Counted from the first letter of the stretch, positions 29,651-40,904 are shown. The stretch is DNA of 64,000 bases from an uncultured bacterium (GCA_937952315.1 CALFZX010000016.1:14969-78968), one strand, 5' to 3'. Notes: generated by a model from the letters alone, not told the origin. Numbers and translations: made by a program.

Positions 29651-29800
29651 GGCTACTTTTTGAGGAGTAGCCTTCTGTCCAGAGTGTTGCTTGTAAGCTT
29701 TTCTGTTGGCAATCCCTCCTTCAGCCGACAGAAAGGTAAGGGGGAAGAGGCCTTGATGGTTAATCTTTTCCGGCTTGCGAGTGACACCTTGAACAGAAAG
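29651..29800 (+). ncRNA. Candidate structured RNA of unknown family upstream of tgt
   Basis: 27-position stem 29673-29699/29772-29798 (6 G-U, 2 mismatches) enclosing two hairpins. G-U pairs work only on the + strand. Confidence 0.55.
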
Positions 29801-29820
29801 AATCATTAAATTTCTCCTCT

Positions 29821-30918
29821 TTGAAAGCAAAAAGTATTCGTTGTCTCAAAATAAAAACGCCCCACGGGATACTAAAAACCCCGTTTTTTATGCCGATTGC
29901 CACTCGCGGTGTCGTCAAGGGTTTAACTCCGGAGGAGCTAAAAAAGCTAAAGGCTACTTTGGTTTTGGGTAACACTTATCATTTATGGTTAAAACCCGGC
30001 TTGAAAGTTATTAAACAATTTGGCGGGCTCCACAATTTTATGCAATGGAATCGACCAATTCTCACCGACTCGGGCGGTTTTCAAGTTTTTTCGCTAAGCA
30101 AGTTCAGAAAAATCACCGATCGGGGCGTTCGCTTTTCGGAGCCCGAATCCGGTAAAAAACATTTTTTGACGCCGGAAAAATCAATTGATATTCAATTGGC
30201 CCTCGGCAGTGATATTATAATGGTTTTGGACGAATGTCCGCCCTGGCCTTGCTCCAAAGCTGATGTTTTGTCCGCCGTTGAAAGAACGACTCACTGGGCT
30301 AAGCGCTGCAAAGATCATTTTCTTAAAAAAACCGCAGGCTATCCAAAGGGGAGCAAACCTCTGCTGTTCGGCATTGTCCAGGGAGGCGTTCACAAAGATC
30401 TAAGAGAAAAAAGCGCGCGCGAGCTGACAAATATCGGCTTTGACGGCTATGCCGTTGGCGGCGTCGCTGTTGGAGAGCCAAGAGAATATTTAAAAAAAGT
30501 CTTAAAATACACTCTGCCTTTTTTACCGGAGAAAAAGCCTCGCTACCTGATGGGATTGGGTCGGCCGGAGGAGATAATCGATTCGGTTAAGTCGGGTATT
30601 GATATGTTTGACTGCGTTATTCCTACACGCGAGGGGCGTCACGGACGATTGTTTATCAGACAAAAAGATTTTCAAAAGGTGGGCACCCCTAAAAAATTTA
30701 ATCCGAAATTAATCTACAAAAACATTAATATTAGTAGAGAAATTTACGCTAAAGACAAAAAAACTATTGACGCCAATTGCAATTGCTACCTCTGTCAAAA
30801 TTGTTCCAAAGCGTATTTGAGACATCTTTTTAAAATTGGCGATATTTTGGCTATGCGACTCGCCTCAGAACACAATTTGCGATTCTATTTGGAATTGATG
30901 GAGAGAATGAAAAAGTAG
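29821..30918 (+). CDS. tgt: tRNA-guanine transglycosylase
   Basis: TP.FMP, NTYHL, LTDSGGFQVFSL, GIVQGG, DMFDCV, CxCxxC...HN Zn site. Confidence 0.97.
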   Translation: MKAKSIRCLKIKTPHGILKTPFFMPIATRGVVKGLTPEELKKLKATLVLGNTYHLWLKPGLKVIKQFGGLHNFMQWNRPILTDSGGFQVFSLSKFRKITDRGVRFSEPESGKKHFLTPEKSIDIQLALGSDIIMVLDECPPWPCSKADVLSAVERTTHWAKRCKDHFLKKTAGYPKGSKPLLFGIVQGGVHKDLREKSARELTNIGFDGYAVGGVAVGEPREYLKKVLKYTLPFLPEKKPRYLMGLGRPEEIIDSVKSGIDMFDCVIPTREGRHGRLFIRQKDFQKVGTPKKFNPKLIYKNINISREIYAKDKKTIDANCNCYLCQNCSKAYLRHLFKIGDILAMRLASEHNLRFYLELMERMKK

Positions 30919-30919
30919 T

Positions 30920-30955
30920 TACAAGGGGCAAGGAACAAGAAGTAAGAAGCAAAAA
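30920..30955. repeat. Short degenerate heptamer run (CAAG core)
   Basis: TACAAGG GGCAAGG AACAAGA AGTAAGA AGCAAAA directly after the tgt stop. Confidence 0.4.
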
Positions 30956-31012
30956 GAAATTCCCTTATTGAGAGGGGGCGGATCGCCATAGGCAAGACGG
31001 GATGTGTTTATT

Positions 31013-32008
31013 CTATTCTGGAAAAACTGACCATTCATAATTTTTATAGGCCCAATCAAGCATTTTTTGCATTTCCGTCCAACGTTGATGTTGACCGGCG
31101 TCAAGCACTACGCCGATAATTTTACCCTTATCAGGTAGTTCTCGCATCATCAGGAGGCAGTAACCGGCACTGTAAGTAAAACCGGTTTTTGCCCCTAAAA
31201 TTCCGCTATATTTTCCAAGCAGCTCGTTCGTGTTACCCACTCGATGGACTTTGCTAAATTCATCTTTGCTCACAATTTCTATGTGGGAAGGGGTTTGCAT
31301 TATTTCAAGCAGCATCGGATATTTCAAGGTTTCTCGGCCGACCAAGGCGATATCGTAAGCGCAAGAATGGGCCCCTTCATCTTGGAGTCCGGCTGCATCG
31401 GCGAAGTAACTATTTTTCAAACCCAACTCCTTCGCTTTCTCGTTCATCAAAGAAACAAAATCTTCTTCTTTACCCGGTCCGCCAAAGTGTTCGGCCAAAG
31501 CGCGCGCGGCAGTATTGTCGGAATTCATCAGCATTGCTTTCAACAAATCTTTCGCCAAAAATTTTTCGCCTGAAAGAAAATGAACCGTCGCTCCACCGGC
31601 CGTAGCGGCGTAGGAGCTGATTTCGACTCTCTCATTCCAATCCTTAACTCTATCCATCAACACAACGGCGGTCACCAATTTAGTTAAACTGGCGATATTT
31701 TGATCTTCTAACATCTTGTCTTCGAAGATCACTTTTCCACTCTCCGCATCTATCAGAACTGACTTTTTCGCCCAAACAATCAATTTTTCTTTTCTTTTAT
31801 TTTCCTTTGGTCGCGGAACTGAAGGCAAATTCTTTAAAGCTTCTTCCGCCAAGCAAATTTTTTCCGGTTCGACTTTCTCGGCCGTATCCTTTTCAGATCC
31901 GACAGCTTTTTCCGCCAAATGAAAAAAACTTGAATCGTGCAAATTTCCAATTTTTTCTTTAACGGGTAAAAGCAAAAAGGCGGACAGAAAAATTACTATA
32001 AAGAGCAT
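31013..32008 (-). CDS. D-alanyl-D-alanine carboxypeptidase (peptidase S11)
   Basis: IASLTK (SxxK), SDN (SxN), KTGFT..AGYC. Confidence 0.9.
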   Translation of the reverse strand: MLFIVIFLSAFLLLPVKEKIGNLHDSSFFHLAEKAVGSEKDTAEKVEPEKICLAEEALKNLPSVPRPKENKRKEKLIVWAKKSVLIDAESGKVIFEDKMLEDQNIASLTKLVTAVVLMDRVKDWNERVEISSYAATAGGATVHFLSGEKFLAKDLLKAMLMNSDNTAARALAEHFGGPGKEEDFVSLMNEKAKELGLKNSYFADAAGLQDEGAHSCAYDIALVGRETLKYPMLLEIMQTPSHIEIVSKDEFSKVHRVGNTNELLGKYSGILGAKTGFTYSAGYCLLMMRELPDKGKIIGVVLDAGQHQRWTEMQKMLDWAYKNYEWSVFPE

Positions 32009-32039
32009 CGTTTTCTATTTAGTTTTTTCTTCAAAATTG

Positions 32040-32110
32040 AGGTCCGAGGCGGAATTGAACCGCCGTGCGAGGTTTTGCAGACCTCTGCCTAACCGCTCGG
32101 CCATCGGACC
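32040..32110 (-). tRNA. tRNA-Cys (GCA)
   Basis: Reverse complement GGTCCGATGGCCGAGCGGTTAGGCAGAGGTCTGCAAAACCTC...GGTTCAATTCCGCCTCGGACCT; U73. Confidence 0.95.
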
Positions 32111-32152
32111 GGCCACTCAACTAGGGTACACTAAAAATATTTTTCGGCCAAA

Positions 32153-33202
32153 TCAAAAATTTTTTGAACATGATCCGAAGTAGTATAATCTTCCCCCATA
32201 TTCAGTATAAGTTCGTCCGTAAATACCACCCAGAGAAGAAGAATCCGCCCAATCGGCATAGATTCTAAAACCGTTGCCGCATACAATAACACGGCATTCG
32301 GCATGTGTTCCCTTTATGTACCCGGAGTCACAAACAACTGTTTGATTGCAGTTATAGACATATAAATAGGCTCTTGTATATTTTTCACCATTTATGTATT
32401 TAGCATAGAAAAATAATCTTGGGTATGTGCCTGTATTCTCGCAACTGCCATCAGAATAGCAAATTTCATTACAGCCAACTTCAGCATTTTTATCTAGACA
32501 AATATAATTGGCTTTTTGATTTTCATAAAACCATTTTCTAAAATAACCTGATGGGCACCATTCCCCAAGACATTCCCCATTTAGGCATAAGTTTCCCTCC
32601 ACCGCTAGATTTCCGGTTCCACCCCAAGCTTTACTGACACGGGTAGTTCCTTTGTTTAAGATATAAAGATCCTCCTGACCATCAATATGCATTCGACCGG
32701 GAGTGGAGAGAACACTGTTAAAAGTTAAATTACCATTAATGTTAACGGCTCCATTGCTGGTATTTCCCCTTGCAGTAACGGATTGAAGAGTGTCGGTACT
32801 GGGGGGAGATGTAACCGGCCAAGCTGATTTACAGTCGCCTTTTATACACAAACTACCATTGGTAGAAACATTACCGACTGAGTTGACTAAACCGTTAACA
32901 GTCGCATTGCCTCTTACTGTTAAACTATCTGTTCTAGTTTCGCCTCTGACATCCAATTTAGCTTCGGGATTATCCGTTCCGATTCCGACTAATCCCGCCT
33001 TAACGATTAATCCATGGGCTGCTCCACCCAAATTCAAAATCAGACCGCCAATTTTGGATTGGCCGAAGGCGGAGGAGTTGAGGGGCGCTAAGATATTATT
33101 TCCGGGAGGAACGGTTGTCGGCTCCACCCAGGCGTGGACTGAGGAAGCGGCTAATATCAACGCTAAAAATATTATTGATTTGATTAAAGCCTTGTTTGGC
33201 AT
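32153..33202 (-). CDS. Secreted tail-fibre-like adhesin paralogue C (intact)
   Basis: Signal peptide nearly identical to paralogue A; WVEPTTVPPGNN, DTLQSVTARGN, Cys-rich C-terminal domain. Confidence 0.75.
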   Translation of the reverse strand: MPNKALIKSIIFLALILAASSVHAWVEPTTVPPGNNILAPLNSSAFGQSKIGGLILNLGGAAHGLIVKAGLVGIGTDNPEAKLDVRGETRTDSLTVRGNATVNGLVNSVGNVSTNGSLCIKGDCKSAWPVTSPPSTDTLQSVTARGNTSNGAVNINGNLTFNSVLSTPGRMHIDGQEDLYILNKGTTRVSKAWGGTGNLAVEGNLCLNGECLGEWCPSGYFRKWFYENQKANYICLDKNAEVGCNEICYSDGSCENTGTYPRLFFYAKYINGEKYTRAYLYVYNCNQTVVCDSGYIKGTHAECRVIVCGNGFRIYADWADSSSLGGIYGRTYTEYGGRLYYFGSCSKNF

Positions 33203-33229
33203 ATTGGGGAACAATAAAATTTATCATTT

Positions 33230-34495
33230 TTACCACCACTGTTCAATCTCGATTAAGCGATTGTATTTGGCGGTGCGTTCTCCGCGACAGGGTGCGCCAC
33301 TCTTAATGTAGTCGGCACCGGTGGCGACGGCTAGGTCGGCGATAAAACAACCGGGTGTCTCCCCGCTGCGATGAGAAATGGCCACCTTGAATTTGTGCGC
33401 CTGTGCCAAACGAATACACTCAATGGTTTCAGAAAGTGAGCCGATCTGATTCGGTTTGATTAAGACGGCATTGCAAGCCTTCTCGGCAATGGCTTCCTGC
33501 AGTCTCAAAGTATTGGTGACGGTAAAGTCGTCGCCGATTAAAGCCATCTTGCTTCCCAATTCTTGATTCATTTCTTTCCAGCCAGCCCAATCATCTTCCG
33601 CTAAGCCGTCCTCAATGAGTTCAAAAGGAAAAGACTTGGCCCAATTTTTGTATTCCTGAATCATTTCCGACGAAGATAGAGTTTTTCCTTCGCGGATCAG
33701 TTTATATTTTTTCTTACTACGAAGATAGAATTCATTGGCGGCCGCGTCGATACCTATTTTAATATCCGTACCCAGCTGGTAGCCTGTCTTTTTAATAGCT
33801 AAAGCAATCATTTCAAGAGCAGTTCGATTTTTGGGCAAACGAGAGGCATAACCACCTTCGTCGCCCACGGCCACCGAGTATTTTTTTTCTTTCAATAATT
33901 TGCCCAAAGTAGCATAAGTTTCACTGACGGCTCGCATTTTTTCCGCAAAAGATTTTTTGATACCACTCGGCACCAACATAAATTCTTGGATGTCCAGACC
34001 GGAATCGGAATGTTGCCCCCCGTTGATCACATTGCACATGGGAATGGGCATTTTCTTTTCTTTACGAAAGGAATATACATTTTGAAGGTATCTAAACAAT
34101 GGCAATTTGAAACTTTCCGCTCCCGCTCGAGCGCAAGCCAGAGAGATTCCCAGTACGGCGTTAGCGCCGAGACGACTTTTATTGGGCGTGTTGTCCAGTT
34201 CAATCATCAGTCCGTCGATTTTCTGCTGTTCCGTCACGTCCGCCCCTTTCAACAAAGGAAAAAGTTTTTTCTCAATGGCCTGGCAAACTTTAGTTACGCC
34301 CTTTCCGTGATAGCGATTTTTGTTTCCGTCTCTTAGCTCAAGTGCTTCATGGCTACCGGTTGAAGCTCCGGAGGGAACGGCGGCCACCCCAACGGCGCCT
34401 CCTTGCGTTTTAACCTCCACTTTTACGGTCGGATTACCTCGAGAATCGAGAATTTCTAGCGTTCTGATTCGCTCAATTTTCAGATTTTTTGTCAT
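33230..34495 (-). CDS. eno: Enolase
   Basis: ILDSRGNPTV, PSGASTG..EALELRD, IKPNQIG, SHRSGET. Confidence 0.98.
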   Translation of the reverse strand: MTKNLKIERIRTLEILDSRGNPTVKVEVKTQGGAVGVAAVPSGASTGSHEALELRDGNKNRYHGKGVTKVCQAIEKKLFPLLKGADVTEQQKIDGLMIELDNTPNKSRLGANAVLGISLACARAGAESFKLPLFRYLQNVYSFRKEKKMPIPMCNVINGGQHSDSGLDIQEFMLVPSGIKKSFAEKMRAVSETYATLGKLLKEKKYSVAVGDEGGYASRLPKNRTALEMIALAIKKTGYQLGTDIKIGIDAAANEFYLRSKKKYKLIREGKTLSSSEMIQEYKNWAKSFPFELIEDGLAEDDWAGWKEMNQELGSKMALIGDDFTVTNTLRLQEAIAEKACNAVLIKPNQIGSLSETIECIRLAQAHKFKVAISHRSGETPGCFIADLAVATGADYIKSGAPCRGERTAKYNRLIEIEQWW

Positions 34496-34661
34496 CTGTT
34501 TGTGTTTAGATTTTAATTTTTGCGAAAAAATTTATATTTTAATAATAAAAAAAATAAACCGAGGAAGCAAATTAAAAAAATTTTTTCGCCTTCGATTTGT
34601 TTCTTCCAAAAATAAATGTTAGTTTATTTCCATAATTTCAAATAAGTCTTAAAAGCCCTCT

Positions 34662-36074
34662 ATGGAAACTGATAGTCAGTCAAAAATGCAAAAGATAGTT
34701 TCACTTTGCAAGAGACGAGGGTTTGTTTTTCAAAGTTCGGAAATTTACGGCGGGTTTGCCGCTATTTATGATTACGGTCATTACGGAACGCTACTGAAAA
34801 ATAATATTCGTGATTCTTGGTGGCGGAGTGTGGTTCAACTGAGAGAAGATGTTTACGGATTAGATAGCGCTATTTTTATGCATCCGAAAACTTGGGTCGC
34901 CTCCGGTCATGTGGACAGCTTCGATGATCCCCAAGTGGATTGCAAAAAATGCAAAGCGCGTTTTCGAGCGGACCACTTGTTGGAAGATTTCGGTATTAAT
35001 GCCGACAAAGCCACGCTGGGATTTATTAACGGAGAGCTGGACAGATTGAGAAAGGAAGGTCTTCTGAAATGCGCCAATTGCGGTTCTGTCGATTTAACGT
35101 CGGCTAAAAAATTTTCTTTGATGGTTAAGTCTAATTTAGGCTCGCCCACGGACGTTTTAAGCGAAGAAAATGTGGTTTATCTCAGACCGGAAACTTGTGG
35201 CGGTATTTATCTGAACTACAAAAATGTTATTGATTCTTCGCATCCGAAACTTCCCTTCGGCATCGCTCAGGCGGGGAAAGCTTTCAGAAACGAAATTGTG
35301 GCCAGACAGTTTATTTTTCGCACTCGAGAGTTTGAACAGATGGAAATGCAATATTTCCTGAAGCCGGAAGACATGGAAGCCAAGTATGAGGAATGGAAAA
35401 AATATCGTTGGCAATGGTATTTGGACAACGGGATAGCGGAGAATAAGATTCGTTGGATGAAGCACGAAAAATTAGCACACTACGCTTCTGAGGCTTATGA
35501 TATCGAATTTGAATTTGAATCGTTGGGCGGTTTTAAGGAAGTTGAAGGAGTTCACGCAAGAGGCGATTGGGATCTGTCTCAACACATGAAGTATTCGGGT
35601 CAAGATTTGAACTATTTTGATCAGACTACGGGTAAAAAATTTATTCCTCATATAATGGAAACTTCCGTCGGCTTGAATCGCCTGCTCTTTATGTTTATTG
35701 AGAATGCTTATACGGAGGAAGAGCTGACAAATTCAAAAGGTGAAAAGGAAACGCGGACAGTTTTAAAAATCGACAAAAAATTGGCACCGATTAAGTTGGC
35801 CATTTTTCCGCTTTTGAAAAACCGATCGGAGATCGTTGAGAAGGCGAAGAAAATTTACGATGATCTGAAAGAGGAATTTATTTGCGAGTTTGACGATAAT
35901 GGAAACATTGGCAAGAGATACAGAAGGCAGGATGAAATCGGCACGCCATACTGTGTGACAGTGGATTTCGAGACTCTTAAGGACGATTCGGTCACTCTTA
36001 GAGATCGCGATTCCATGCAGCAGGAGAGAGTCAAAATCTCAGAGGTGGCCGACTATCTCAAAAAAGTTCTTTAA
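34662..36074 (+). CDS. glyQS: Glycine--tRNA ligase, homodimeric type
   Basis: LCKRRGF, YLRPET, FRNEI..RQFIFRTREFEQME, IGKRYRRQDEIGTP. Confidence 0.96.
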   Translation: METDSQSKMQKIVSLCKRRGFVFQSSEIYGGFAAIYDYGHYGTLLKNNIRDSWWRSVVQLREDVYGLDSAIFMHPKTWVASGHVDSFDDPQVDCKKCKARFRADHLLEDFGINADKATLGFINGELDRLRKEGLLKCANCGSVDLTSAKKFSLMVKSNLGSPTDVLSEENVVYLRPETCGGIYLNYKNVIDSSHPKLPFGIAQAGKAFRNEIVARQFIFRTREFEQMEMQYFLKPEDMEAKYEEWKKYRWQWYLDNGIAENKIRWMKHEKLAHYASEAYDIEFEFESLGGFKEVEGVHARGDWDLSQHMKYSGQDLNYFDQTTGKKFIPHIMETSVGLNRLLFMFIENAYTEEELTNSKGEKETRTVLKIDKKLAPIKLAIFPLLKNRSEIVEKAKKIYDDLKEEFICEFDDNGNIGKRYRRQDEIGTPYCVTVDFETLKDDSVTLRDRDSMQQERVKISEVADYLKKVL

Positions 36075-36109
36075 AAAGAAATTTTTTTCTCGAACAAGGA
36101 GGGAGAAAA

Positions 36110-36373
36110 ATGGAAGTGAGATTTAAATTCACCGGAGAGATTCTTAACAATCTTGATTATTTGACTGAGCTTCTGGGTGAAATGAGGGGCTATAAAGTTA
36201 GAGACGAGGAGGCGCCATTAATTTTATTGGAAGCGGTGCAGAAGGGAATAAAGGCTTTAATTTGTGAAGCAGAATCTACTCTCGGTGGGAGTGAAGCTAT
36301 CTGTGTTCCTTTGAAAAGAGGAACATGTTTTATCAACCAATTTGAAATGACGGTGTACACTGATGATTGCTGA
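36110..36373 (+). CDS. Hypothetical (orphan) protein
   Basis: 87-aa ORF with AAGGAGG at 36096 and a downstream hairpin. Confidence 0.6.
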   Translation: MEVRFKFTGEILNNLDYLTELLGEMRGYKVRDEEAPLILLEAVQKGIKALICEAESTLGGSEAICVPLKRGTCFINQFEMTVYTDDC

Positions 36374-36395
36374 AAATTTTAAACTCAAAAACAAT

Positions 36396-36426
36396 AAAGC
36401 GCTCGGAAAAAATCCCGGCGCTTTTT
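36396..36426. terminator. Probable bidirectional terminator
   Basis: AAAGCGC.CGG...CCGGCGCTTT imperfect stem between convergent genes. Confidence 0.55.
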
Positions 36427-36448
36427 AAATGAAAGCTGTATTTAATCT

Positions 36449-36901
36449 CTAGGCGAAGTGTGCGAAGGCTCGATTGGCTTCGGCCATCTTTTGAATGTCG
36501 TCTCTTCTTTTGATTGATGCGCCTCTTTTTTCAGAAGCTTCTATGATTTCGTTCGCTAGTTTTTGGCTCATCGGCTTGCCCTTCTTTGCTCGAGTGGCCG
36601 CCAAGATCCAACGAATGGCGAGAGTCAATTTTCTTCCGCCCATAACCGGAACCGGAATTTGATAGGTGGCTCCGCCAACTCTTTTCGCTTTAACTTCAAG
36701 TAACGGGGAAACATTTTTAATGGCTTCGTCCAAGACTTCCAAAGGATCCTTCTTGGTTTGTTCTTTGATTATATCAAGGGTTTTGTAGAGCACTCTAATG
36801 CCACAGGCCTTCTTTCCTTCTTTCATTATTTGTCCGATAAAACGGCCTAAGAGCACGCTACCGAATTTCGGATCTGGTTTATAGGTTTTCTCTATTGACA
36901 T
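36449..36901 (-). CDS. rpsG: 30S ribosomal protein S7
   Basis: EVK.KRVGGATYQIP, MAEANRAFAHF. Confidence 0.98.
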   Translation of the reverse strand: MSIEKTYKPDPKFGSVLLGRFIGQIMKEGKKACGIRVLYKTLDIIKEQTKKDPLEVLDEAIKNVSPLLEVKAKRVGGATYQIPVPVMGGRKLTLAIRWILAATRAKKGKPMSQKLANEIIEASEKRGASIKRRDDIQKMAEANRAFAHFA

Positions 36902-36922
36902 GATACAAAAAATTTAAATTGA

Positions 36923-37348
36923 TTACTCAGCTTTTTTTGGGGTCTTGGCACCGTATTTACTGCGACCTCGTTTTCGATTTTCTACCCCGGTCGTGTCAAG
37001 CACGCCTCGAACAATATGGTATCTTACTCCCGGCAAGTCTTTGACTCGACCGCCACGGATCACTACAATGGAGTGTTCTTGCAAATTGTGTCCGATACCG
37101 GGAATATAAGCGGTAACTTCCATTCCGTTAGTCAATCGGACTCTGGCAATTTTTCGCAGAGCGGAATTCGGTTTTTTCGGAGTCATAGTTCCAACTTTTA
37201 CACAAACTCCTCGTTTAAAAGTACAGCCCTTATCATAATTGAAAGGTTTATTTTTCAATAAATTAAAACCTCTCTGCAAAGCGGGAGACTTCGATTTTTT
37301 AATTACTTTTTTTCTCGGCTTTCTAACTATTTGATTGACGGTTGGCAC
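36923..37348 (-). CDS. rpsL: 30S ribosomal protein S12
   Basis: [25 protein letters not shown]. Confidence 0.99.
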   Translation of the reverse strand: MPTVNQIVRKPRKKVIKKSKSPALQRGFNLLKNKPFNYDKGCTFKRGVCVKVGTMTPKKPNSALRKIARVRLTNGMEVTAYIPGIGHNLQEHSIVVIRGGRVKDLPGVRYHIVRGVLDTTGVENRKRGRSKYGAKTPKKAE

Positions 37349-37379
37349 TTTAAAACGATTAAGGTTTAAAATCTAAAAT

Positions 37380-38057
37380 TTAATTACTTTTCTTCCTTTT
37401 TTCCTCCTCCGGTTTCTTATCTACTCCCTCAACGCTCTTAATATCGGCGCCGGTGGTTTGCTCCAGTTCATCAACTTCGCTTTCGGTGCGGGGTTCGTCC
37501 ACTTTGGCTATGATCAGGTCTTCACTGTTTAGGATTTCAATTCCCTCGGGGACTTCAATGTCTTTTATGGCAATCATGTCTTCGAAAGAAGCTAAAGATC
37601 CGATATTGACAACAATGGATTTCGGAATATCTTTGGCCTTGCAACGGACCTCGACATTCTCAAGATTTTGAAGAAGTATTCCACCCAAGTCTTTCACTGC
37701 CGGAGCGGTTCCTTCAAGGGTAATAGGCACTTCAACTTCGACTTCTTCATTGACATTAACGGCCAAAAAATCAACATGAATAATCCGACCGGAATATATT
37801 TGAGAAGCTACTTCTTGAATTATAACATCTAATGTTTTTTTCTCGCCTTCAATCTCAAGCTTAATCAGAGTTCCCTCACCGCCCGATTTTTCCATAACTT
37901 TGCGAAAAGCGAAACGAGAAAAAGTGATTTGAATATTTTTTTCCAGACTTTTTCCGTACACAATACCCAAAATCAAGCCTTCTCTTAGGGCTTGTTTACT
38001 CTGCATTCTTCTGTCTTTTTTGACCGCGGCCTTCAACAAAATCTCTTGTGCATTCAT
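37380..38057 (-). CDS. rplY: 50S ribosomal protein L25 (long CTC form)
   Basis: LR.G...GIVYG, IIHVDF, VEVPI.L.G..PAVK..GG.L; likely start 38057. Confidence 0.9.
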   Translation of the reverse strand: MNAQEILLKAAVKKDRRMQSKQALREGLILGIVYGKSLEKNIQITFSRFAFRKVMEKSGGEGTLIKLEIEGEKKTLDVIIQEVASQIYSGRIIHVDFLAVNVNEEVEVEVPITLEGTAPAVKDLGGILLQNLENVEVRCKAKDIPKSIVVNIGSLASFEDMIAIKDIEVPEGIEILNSEDLIIAKVDEPRTESEVDELEQTTGADIKSVEGVDKKPEEEKRKKSN

Positions 38058-38119
38058 CGTAAAAAATAAAGTAACGCTTAATCTTAAGCCAAAAAAAATT
38101 TTTAGCTTGAGATTCAAAA

Positions 38120-38461
38120 TTACTTATTGGGCCCAACCTTTTTTGTCTCTAAATAGGCGGAAATAACATCATCGGCCGTTACATTCTCTCCTCGCTTGAG
38201 TTTTTCCAAATCTTCTTTGCCGGCATCGGTAACCGCTCCAATCGACAGAACGCCATCCTTACTTAAAACCAAATGAAAAATGAAAGAAACACCGCACTTG
38301 TGACAAGTCAAGTGATAGACGGAATTTCCGTTGACTTGATCGATCAAATCGATATCTTTTTCTCGAAAAACTGTTTTGCAATAAAGACAGTCGTTTGGTA
38401 ATTTTAGGGGAGAACTGTTTTTGGTGCTCAACATTGAAAAGCTAGCTGAAAATTTATTCAA
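38120..38461 (-). CDS. Hypothetical Zn-ribbon protein (start may be ATG 38434)
   Basis: CLYC...HLTCHKC, VTADDVI. Confidence 0.65.
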   Translation of the reverse strand: MNKFSASFSMLSTKNSSPLKLPNDCLYCKTVFREKDIDLIDQVNGNSVYHLTCHKCGVSFIFHLVLSKDGVLSIGAVTDAGKEDLEKLKRGENVTADDVISAYLETKKVGPNK

Positions 38462-38473
38462 TACAACTCAAAG

Positions 38474-38591
38474 TCCTGGCGACGACCTACTCTCACACTC
38501 CATCAAGGGAGCACTACCATCGGCGCTGGAGGGCTTAACGGCTGAGTTCGGTATGGGATCAGGTGGATCCCCTCCGCTTCAATCGCCAAGA
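38474..38591 (-). rRNA. rrf: 5S rRNA
   Basis: Reverse complement has CCACCTGATCCCATACCGAACTCAG..GTTAAGC and GAGAGTAGGTCGTCGCCAGG; terminal helix extended by a 14-bp inverted repeat. Confidence 0.95.
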
Positions 38592-38882
38592 CTTTGAGTT
38601 GTAATTTTTAATGAACTTAACCGATAAATTATAAATTACATAAAAAGAAATACTCCCACTACCAGAATAAAAAGAACCGAAATCCAACTGGCCAAGAAAA
38701 AACCTTCATTGAAACCTCTAATTTTCTTCATAATGTTTGCAAAGTTCAAAAATTGAAAGAGTCGTTTAATCAACCAAATCAACTGTTTTTGACTCTTTAC
38801 GGTCACCATTTTTCCTCGATAACCTCCGACCTAATTGAAAAATTTTTAAAAATTTAAAAACTTTTCAAAATTAGTCTCCTTA

Positions 38883-40386
<1,504 letters not shown>

Positions 40387-40428
40387 GTATGATTGTTTGT
40401 TCCCTGGTCTCTAGCTTCGGAAGAACAA

Positions 40429-40483
40429 CGTTCATCCTGAGCTAGCCCGCCTACCGGCAGGCAGGGATCAAACTCTCAATAAA
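40429..40483 (-). repeat. Duplicate of the 16S 5' end interrupted by a 20-bp palindromic insertion (40446-40465)
   Basis: CGTTCATCCTGAGCTAG[CCCGCCTACCGGCAGGCAGG]GATCAAACTCTCAATAAA versus 40352-40386. Confidence 0.9.
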
Positions 40484-40646
40484 AAATATAACAGTATAAA
40501 CACTGTGTGGATTGCAATCCTCGACCGAAGCCAAGAATTGCTAAAAAAAACGATTATCAAGGAAATAAATAGGTAACCGTAAAAAATCAAAAACTTAACC
40601 AGATTTTTAAGGAACTCTGAAATTTTTTCCAGTGCAACACCGAGCT

Positions 40647-40708
40647 AAGGTATCACACCTTATTCAAATTTGCAAATTAAAGTTAATGAGAGACTTTTAA
40701 ATTGTCAA
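40647..40708 (-). promoter_or_regulatory. Putative tandem rRNA promoters
   Basis: Minus strand: TTGACA-17-TAACTT (from 40708) and TTGCAA-17-TACCTT with TGn extension (from 40675). Confidence 0.5.
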
Positions 40709-40721
40709 ATATTTAAAATAG

Positions 40722-40791
40722 GGCACAAGGCACAAGGCACAAGGGACAAGGGACAAGGGACAAGGGACAAGGGACAAGGGACAAGGGACAA
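40722..40791. repeat. Heptamer tandem array: 3x GGCACAA + 7x GGGACAA
   Basis: Counted directly. Confidence 0.95.
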
Positions 40792-40813
40792 GGAAACCGT
40801 TAGTAGCTTTTTT

Positions 40814-40904
40814 CTTGCAACTTGCTCCTTGCTACTTGTAACTTGCAACTTGCTACTAACTCCTTGCAACTTGCTCCTTGCAACTTGCTACTAACTCCTT
40901 GCTA
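40814..40904. repeat. Degenerate heptamer array, 13 units (CTTGCAA/CTTGCTC/CTTGCTA/CTTGTAA/CTAACTC)
   Basis: Counted directly. The CTTG core is the complement of the CAAG core of the left array. Confidence 0.9.

Noticed and set aside
29618-29975. Minus-strand ORFs 29618..29830 and 29760..29975; SRP RNA or preQ1 riboswitch identity for the structured region
   Set aside because: The ORFs overlap tgt or the RNA structure and have no recognisable features. The SRP helix-8 motif and preQ1-I consensus are not visible.
25956-32560. Diversity-generating retroelement acting on the adhesin tips
   Set aside because: No reverse transcriptase or near-identical template repeat in the window. Differences include indels and synonymous changes not confined to adenines. 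A remote DGR cannot be fully excluded.
40722-40904. CRISPR array
   Set aside because: 7-bp tandem units without unique spacers; no cas genes.
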